From: Promethearchaeia archaeon | Lineage (GTDB): Archaea; Asgardarchaeota; Lokiarchaeia; Sigyniarchaeales; SOKP01 | Direction: 5' to 3' | Assembly (NCBI GenBank): GCA_029856105.1 | Contig: JAHQWH010000193.1 | Location: forward strand, 32,001-96,000 | DNA: 64,000 bases | Shown: positions 59,117-64,000 of the stretch, piece by piece | How positions within the stretch are numbered: the stretch's first letter is position 1 | Layout: every line of letters starts with the position of its first letter | Translations under genes and position numbers: made by a program | The notes under the pieces: model-generated | Databases searched by the model: none | Seen by the model: only the letters and a program-made list of their open reading frames with translations | What the model was told of the DNA's origin: nothing

Positions 59117-59170
59117 CTCTTGCGAGAAAATATTAGTCGCAAGACGACGAACCATTAGCTATGGTTTCGG
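59105..59170 (+). promoter_or_regulatory. SECIS element, eukaryote-like (AUGA...GA core)
   Basis: ATGAC-TCTTGCGA-(GAAAATATTAG)-TCGCAAGA-CGAC: AUGA/GA core, perfect 8-bp stem, apical A-run; basal CCGAA/TTCGG; directly after the UGA-containing genes. Confidence 0.85.
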
Positions 59171-59352
59171 AAATTATTATTTCTATAATAATTTTTATTA
59201 TTTATTCTAAATTAACGTAATTTGAAGTTTAAAACTATTAAACTTCTACTTAGTAAGATAAAGTATAAAAACTCATCTTTCTAGATAAACTATAATTTCA
59301 ATTTTGTTTGAAATTAAAAAAATAAATGTTAAAAACAAATAAGTGAAAAAAT

Positions 59353-59973
59353 ATGGGAGAAACTTCTAAAGTAGGAATCTCAGCATCTAAAGTTGTAGCT
59401 CTTATTGGTGCGTTAGTCGTTATTCAAGTATGTATAGGATATTTTGCAACATTAGATGCATTGAATATATTATATGGCATAATAGGACTAATATTTGCGG
59501 CTGTAATCTTCATATCATTAGAAATCGTGGATTTAAAGAAAGTGAAAATACCTTATTTATGGTGGGTATTGTTAATCATCGGGATTCTCTTAATATTATT
59601 TGAATTTGCTGTTGGACCCTCATATCTTGGAGGTATTTTAGTTTTAATAGCAGCATTACTAGAATTTTTAAGTCAGAAGAAAACTTATGCGGAATCCAAA
59701 ATTGTTGCTTTAATTGGAGCATGTTATCTAATATATGAATCCGTAATGCCACTTCTTTCTGTTTCACCTGCACCTACAAGTATAGCCCTTTCTATTGTTG
59801 GATTCGTTTTTGCAATAATATTAATTTTAACATTGCAAGATAAAATAGATGTAAAAATACCTTATGCATGGTGGACAATTCTCATAATTGGCTTTGTAGT
59901 ATTTACATGGGTGACGACAGTTAGCGGAACGGTCATAATGGTAGCCTTTATCCTTATCCTGATGGCTTTTTAA
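59353..59973 (+). CDS. Membrane protein with internal duplication
   Basis: Two halves, SKVVALIGA...KIPYLWW and SKIVALIGA...KIPYAWW. Confidence 0.75.
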   Translation: MGETSKVGISASKVVALIGALVVIQVCIGYFATLDALNILYGIIGLIFAAVIFISLEIVDLKKVKIPYLWWVLLIIGILLILFEFAVGPSYLGGILVLIAALLEFLSQKKTYAESKIVALIGACYLIYESVMPLLSVSPAPTSIALSIVGFVFAIILILTLQDKIDVKIPYAWWTILIIGFVVFTWVTTVSGTVIMVAFILILMAF

Positions 59974-60106
59974 TCCAAAATTAAATCTATTATTTTTTTT
60001 ATTTTTTTTAAGGTATTATTCTTTGTAAGATTGTAATAGAAAATTCAGACTATTCACTTAATTTTTAATTTCACAATGAATTTATAATAATAATAGTGAT
60101 TTTTTA

Positions 60107-61414
60107 ATGGGAAAGGATCAAAGATTAGTTGCCGAAAATCAATTTTTAAAAGCTGAGCAATTGTTTAAAGCTAGACAATTTAAAAAAGCAGGTAATAAAT
60201 ACCATGTAGCGGGAAATTCGTATCTTAAGTTAAATGAATTTGAAAAATCAAAAGTCTGTTTCATTAAAGGTGCAAAATCGTTTATAATATTAGAGAAATT
60301 TGACACTAGTATAGAGTTATTAAGACAATCTGGAGAGGCTTGTCTATATGATAGTAAGTTTGTAGAAGCTAACCAAATATATAAAGAAGTCATTAACTAT
60401 ATTCCTAAATTGAAAAGTCTCAGCGATAGGAACTCAAATTTCGTAATATTTTCGGTATTATCGTATTTATGCTCGTTTGTTAAAGGTACTCCTGATGAGG
60501 GTTTAGATTTTATAAAAAGAACTAAAAAAAAAGTTGATAAAGAATTTTTTAAAGAACATTCTCTGATAAAGCTCGTTTCTGAACTAACAATAGCGCTAAG
60601 AGATAGCGATCCAAAATATCTCGAGAAAATTATAAATAATGTTGGGCGTTATAAATTTAGAGATGCTGAATTAAAATTGTTAAAGAAAGTACTACTTTTA
60701 ACAAAATTTAAGCTTTTAATAAACGTTACCTTTAAATTAGATAAAGAAACATACACGACTAAAGAAATTATAAATTTGAATTTGGGTTTTGATACTTCAA
60801 ACCTCTTACAAATTTTAAAAGACTCTTTTTTACGTTATGAATTAGACGAGTTCAATATAACAAAAATATTGGTAAATCTCTCAGATAATTTGTCTATTAG
60901 TAAAAAACCAAAAGCTCCCTTCCAAATTGAAGTTGGAAAACAATCGAACTTAGAGTTCACATTTAAACCACATTTTCAAGTCGATAATCCAAGAATAGGT
61001 CCTATGTTTTTAACGTGTGAGTTAAACAATAATTTGATATTTATTTATGAAACTCAATCGATAGAACCACAACTAATTTCTCCTCCTACCACATTAAACA
61101 CATCGATTAAGAATTTAAGACCTCCTCTTATTGGTCAAACTTTTCCCTTAGAGATTGTGGTTGAGAATAAAGGCGAAGGAGAAGCGTTAGATGTAAAAAT
61201 TGATGTCGAATTTCCCGAAGATTTGAAAGTTATGAGGGGTACCACGAATAAACAAATCTTTTCGTTGAAGTCGAATGAAGATTTAAAATGGGAAATTAGT
61301 CTTAAACCCATTGAAGCAGGAGATTACATAATTAAAATAGATATAAAATTTATGGACTCTGATCGAAACAAAATAGAAGAAACAAAAGATTTTCCATTCT
61401 CTATAAAATTATAA
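60107..61414 (+). CDS. TPR/alpha-solenoid protein with C-terminal Ig-like beta-sandwich domains
   Basis: Helical repeats (AGNKYHVAGNSY...); C-terminal GQTFPLEIVVENKG..A.DV...L.P...GDY CARDB/BatD-like pattern. Confidence 0.72.
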   Translation: MGKDQRLVAENQFLKAEQLFKARQFKKAGNKYHVAGNSYLKLNEFEKSKVCFIKGAKSFIILEKFDTSIELLRQSGEACLYDSKFVEANQIYKEVINYIPKLKSLSDRNSNFVIFSVLSYLCSFVKGTPDEGLDFIKRTKKKVDKEFFKEHSLIKLVSELTIALRDSDPKYLEKIINNVGRYKFRDAELKLLKKVLLLTKFKLLINVTFKLDKETYTTKEIINLNLGFDTSNLLQILKDSFLRYELDEFNITKILVNLSDNLSISKKPKAPFQIEVGKQSNLEFTFKPHFQVDNPRIGPMFLTCELNNNLIFIYETQSIEPQLISPPTTLNTSIKNLRPPLIGQTFPLEIVVENKGEGEALDVKIDVEFPEDLKVMRGTTNKQIFSLKSNEDLKWEISLKPIEAGDYIIKIDIKFMDSDRNKIEETKDFPFSIKL

Positions 61415-61428
61415 CGTTTTTCTTTCAA

Positions 61429-62568
61429 TTATATTTGAATTGGTTCTTTTGAGACAGAAGTAACTTGCTCGCATTCAGTTTTACCTATTATTATATCGTC
61501 TTCTAATCTTATTCCCCACTTACCTAACCAATATAAACCTGGTTCGTTAGTGTATACCATATTTTCTTTAAGTTTATATTTGTCAGGCATTTTCCAACTT
61601 ATTCTTCCCCCAACATCATGCGCTTCAAAACCTAACGAATGCCCTAATCCATGGAAAAATAGTTTCTCATGATCGTACCCCTCTTCTGATAAATGTTCGC
61701 GACATTTTTTAGCGGGCATATTGTTTGGGGTACCATCAGTAAAGTATTTATTTGCCACTTGTTTCGATTCATAAAGAGCGTGATACGCGTGAATAAACTC
61801 TTCCGTAGGATGTTTACCAACCCAAAAACTCCTAGTAATATCAGAGCACATCTCATTAATTTGTAGTCCAGTATCTATTAATAAAACTCCTTGTTCAATT
61901 TTTTTCATGGATGTGTTGTGGTGAGGATCGGCCGAATGAGCTCCAGTTGCAACAATCGCTCCAAATGATGGTTTTCCTAGCTTCATATATTCGTATTCTA
62001 TTTTTGCTTTGATTTCTTTTTCCGTCATACCAACTTTAACCCAATCCGGTATCGTATCTAAGATTTCTATAGTTGCTTTACACACGTTCCGTAAGTCATT
62101 TAATTCCTCTGAAGATTTAACGCTCCTTAAATTATATATTATTGGTGCTGCTGAAATAAACTCCGTTTGAGGAGCCAACTTTTTCAAAGAAAAATAATCT
62201 CCAGCACGAATATAATCAGCATATGCCGTACTTTCCGCGCTTAAAATATTTTCCCCAAAATTAAGAGCTATCCGCGGCTTATTAATTATTGAACTTAACG
62301 ATGAAACTAAATCCTTTATAGTTCTATAGCTTATTACATCCGCATCAATTCCTTTGCTTTTTAAAGAATGTTCGATCATAGGTGCTTCCATTTCGACGGC
62401 AAGGACCTTATGTTTCCCATCCTTTGCCACATAGATGTAGTGTCGGGCGTGAGATTCAACACCTATTAGAAATCGAGAATTAACATCGCTGTCTTCGTTA
62501 CAAACAATTAACCAACCATCGCTCTTCAGTTCTTGGAGTACTTTTTGAGCTTTTTCGAACTTATTCAT
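61429..62568 (-). CDS. M24 family Xaa-Pro aminopeptidase/prolidase
   Basis: PHH, IDTG, SDITR, HGLGHSLG..HD, NEPGLY, GIRLEDD. Confidence 0.93.
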   Translation of the reverse strand: MNKFEKAQKVLQELKSDGWLIVCNEDSDVNSRFLIGVESHARHYIYVAKDGKHKVLAVEMEAPMIEHSLKSKGIDADVISYRTIKDLVSSLSSIINKPRIALNFGENILSAESTAYADYIRAGDYFSLKKLAPQTEFISAAPIIYNLRSVKSSEELNDLRNVCKATIEILDTIPDWVKVGMTEKEIKAKIEYEYMKLGKPSFGAIVATGAHSADPHHNTSMKKIEQGVLLIDTGLQINEMCSDITRSFWVGKHPTEEFIHAYHALYESKQVANKYFTDGTPNNMPAKKCREHLSEEGYDHEKLFFHGLGHSLGFEAHDVGGRISWKMPDKYKLKENMVYTNEPGLYWLGKWGIRLEDDIIIGKTECEQVTSVSKEPIQI

Positions 62569-62717
62569 ATATCAAATCATTTAATGGTTTTTAATTAATT
62601 TTATTAAAATGAATAAATAAAATAATCGAAAAAACCTAATACAATTGTAAAAATTTCAATTAAATTTATTTAATCAAGCTCTCTAATTAATAATTAATTA
62701 CACAAAATTTTGATTTT

Positions 62718-64000
62718 ATGAAGTTAAAAGTAAAAGAAATTAATTTCGAAACTGGGAATATTAAAGATGTTGTTCTTAATATTAAAGACGCACAAGAATT
62801 AGGACAGAAAGCTGGCGAACGTATTGTCGTAAAAAATCCTCAATCAAAGTCTCTTGAAGATAAATATTGGGTAGCAATACTACAAATTGATTATTCTAAT
62901 TCTTTGGTTCGTCCCGGAGAGATTGGAATATTTTTAGATATCCTTAAAGAGAAAAATAATTTAATTGACAATATGATTGTATCCGTTAAACCGGCAGATC
63001 CACCTGATTCTTTTAAATATATTCAGAGAAAAATAAGAGGAGCTAAACTAACAACTGAAGAAATCAATAGTATAATTAGCGATACAGTCTCTGGTTCATT
63101 ATCAAGAATCGATTTAGCAGCATTTATAACGGCGGTGTCTATAAATGGCATGGATAACGAAGAGATGACAGCATTGACTTATGCTGAAGCAAGAAGTGGA
63201 GAGCTATTCGACTTCGGACCGGAAGTTTATGACAAACATTCGACTGGTGGTGTGCCAGGAAATAAGGTTACGCTTATCATTGTTCCAATTGTCGCAGCTG
63301 CCGGGCTAACAATTCCAAAATCATCAACAAGAGCTATAACATCTCCCTCTGGAACTGCTGATTCTATGGAAGTTCTGGCTCCTATTGCTTTTGACGCTGA
63401 AAAATTAAAAAGCATCGTATCGAAAGAAAAAGCGTGCATTATATGGGGTGGAGCTCTAAATACCTCGCCTGCAGATAATATATTGATCGAAATTGAACGT
63501 CCATTACACATGGATCCAGTAGGACTTATGATTCCATCTATACTCACTAAAAAAATTTCTCTTGGAGTTAAAAAACTCGTATTAGATATACCCGTTGGCG
63601 AAGGAACAAAGTTTCCTACTCCAGATAATGGGAAACAGTTTGCTTATTTATTTAAAGAAATTGCAAAAAATGTGGGGATTGAAACGGAGTGTGCCCTAAC
63701 TCTTGCCCATCAACCAATTGGCCACGCAATTGGTCCAGGATTAGAAGCTAAAGAAGCGTTAACTTTGCTTATGGATTATTCTGCAGGTCCGAATTCTTTG
63801 ATTGAGAAATCAACTGATTTAGCGGGTATATTACTTGAAATGGGTGGAAAGGCTCAGAAGGGGAAGGGACAAAGCTTAGCCAAAGAGATATTGCGTTCTG
63901 GTAAAGCTTATGAAAAAATGAAAAGAATAATCGAAGTTCAAGGAGGAAATCCAGAACTAAAACCCAAAGATATAAAAATAGGCCCTCATTCTAAAGATTT
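62718..64000 (+). CDS. AMP phosphorylase (archaeal thymidine phosphorylase homolog), runs off window
   Basis: Not in ORF track. MKLKVKEINFETG N-terminal extension; DKHSTGGVPGNK, PKSSTRAITSPSGTAD, WGG, APIAF, DIPVG.GTK. Confidence 0.92.
   Translation, partial: MKLKVKEINFETGNIKDVVLNIKDAQELGQKAGERIVVKNPQSKSLEDKYWVAILQIDYSNSLVRPGEIGIFLDILKEKNNLIDNMIVSVKPADPPDSFKYIQRKIRGAKLTTEEINSIISDTVSGSLSRIDLAAFITAVSINGMDNEEMTALTYAEARSGELFDFGPEVYDKHSTGGVPGNKVTLIIVPIVAAAGLTIPKSSTRAITSPSGTADSMEVLAPIAFDAEKLKSIVSKEKACIIWGGALNTSPADNILIEIERPLHMDPVGLMIPSILTKKISLGVKKLVLDIPVGEGTKFPTPDNGKQFAYLFKEIAKNVGIETECALTLAHQPIGHAIGPGLEAKEALTLLMDYSAGPNSLIEKSTDLAGILLEMGGKAQKGKGQSLAKEILRSGKAYEKMKRIIEVQGGNPELKPKDIKIGPHSKD

Noticed and set aside
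2020-61856. Other short ORFs nested in or antisense to long CDSs (e.g. 2020, 2659, 7701, 11591, 28847, 36544, 48920, 56949)
   Set aside because: They overlap well-supported genes and lack motifs.
63227-63547. 106-aa minus-strand ORF
   Set aside because: Antisense shadow of AMP phosphorylase.
1-64000. Genome-wide UGA reassignment
   Set aside because: Several ordinary genes (e.g. 9635..11149, pyrF) end in TGA at the expected C-terminus; readthrough is needed only in hdrA and vhuD.
1-64000. Transposases, integrases, prophage, CRISPR, rRNA
   Set aside because: No such motifs, terminal repeats or arrays seen; no duplicated tRNA 3' end suggesting an att site.

Overview
AT-rich, gene-dense archaeal chromosome segment, most likely Asgard (Lokiarchaeia). 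This is inferred from ftr, a methanogenesis-marker-9 domain gene, archaeal hsp20, AMP phosphorylase, longin-like and TPR-Ig proteins, and a selenoprotein hdrA-vhuD pair with a eukaryote-type SECIS. It holds about 55 CDSs, mostly anaerobic catabolism and redox genes (acyl-CoA ligases, GlcD/HdrD-type and LutAB-type modules, 2-oxoacid:ferredoxin oxidoreductase, AOR, UxaA-like dehydratase), plus transporters, peptidases and housekeeping genes (hisS, pyrF). No rRNA, CRISPR array or mobile element is evident. The ORF track misses three things. (1) A tRNA-His(GUG) gene (19620-19783, -) split by three ~30-nt non-canonical introns with bulge-helix-bulge motifs. (2) An hdrA-vhuD operon with four in-frame UGA codons at conserved Cys positions, apparently served by one SECIS whose AUGA core is the vhuD stop codon. 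(3) A UxaA-like gene that appears to initiate at AUA. Unusual architectures include an FrhB-PyrK fusion closing the oxoacid oxidoreductase operon, a tandem-duplicated ABC exporter whose permease is fused to a CPBP/CAAX protease, and an orphan phnN in the same window as AMP phosphorylase. All calls come from manual motif reading; no searches were run.
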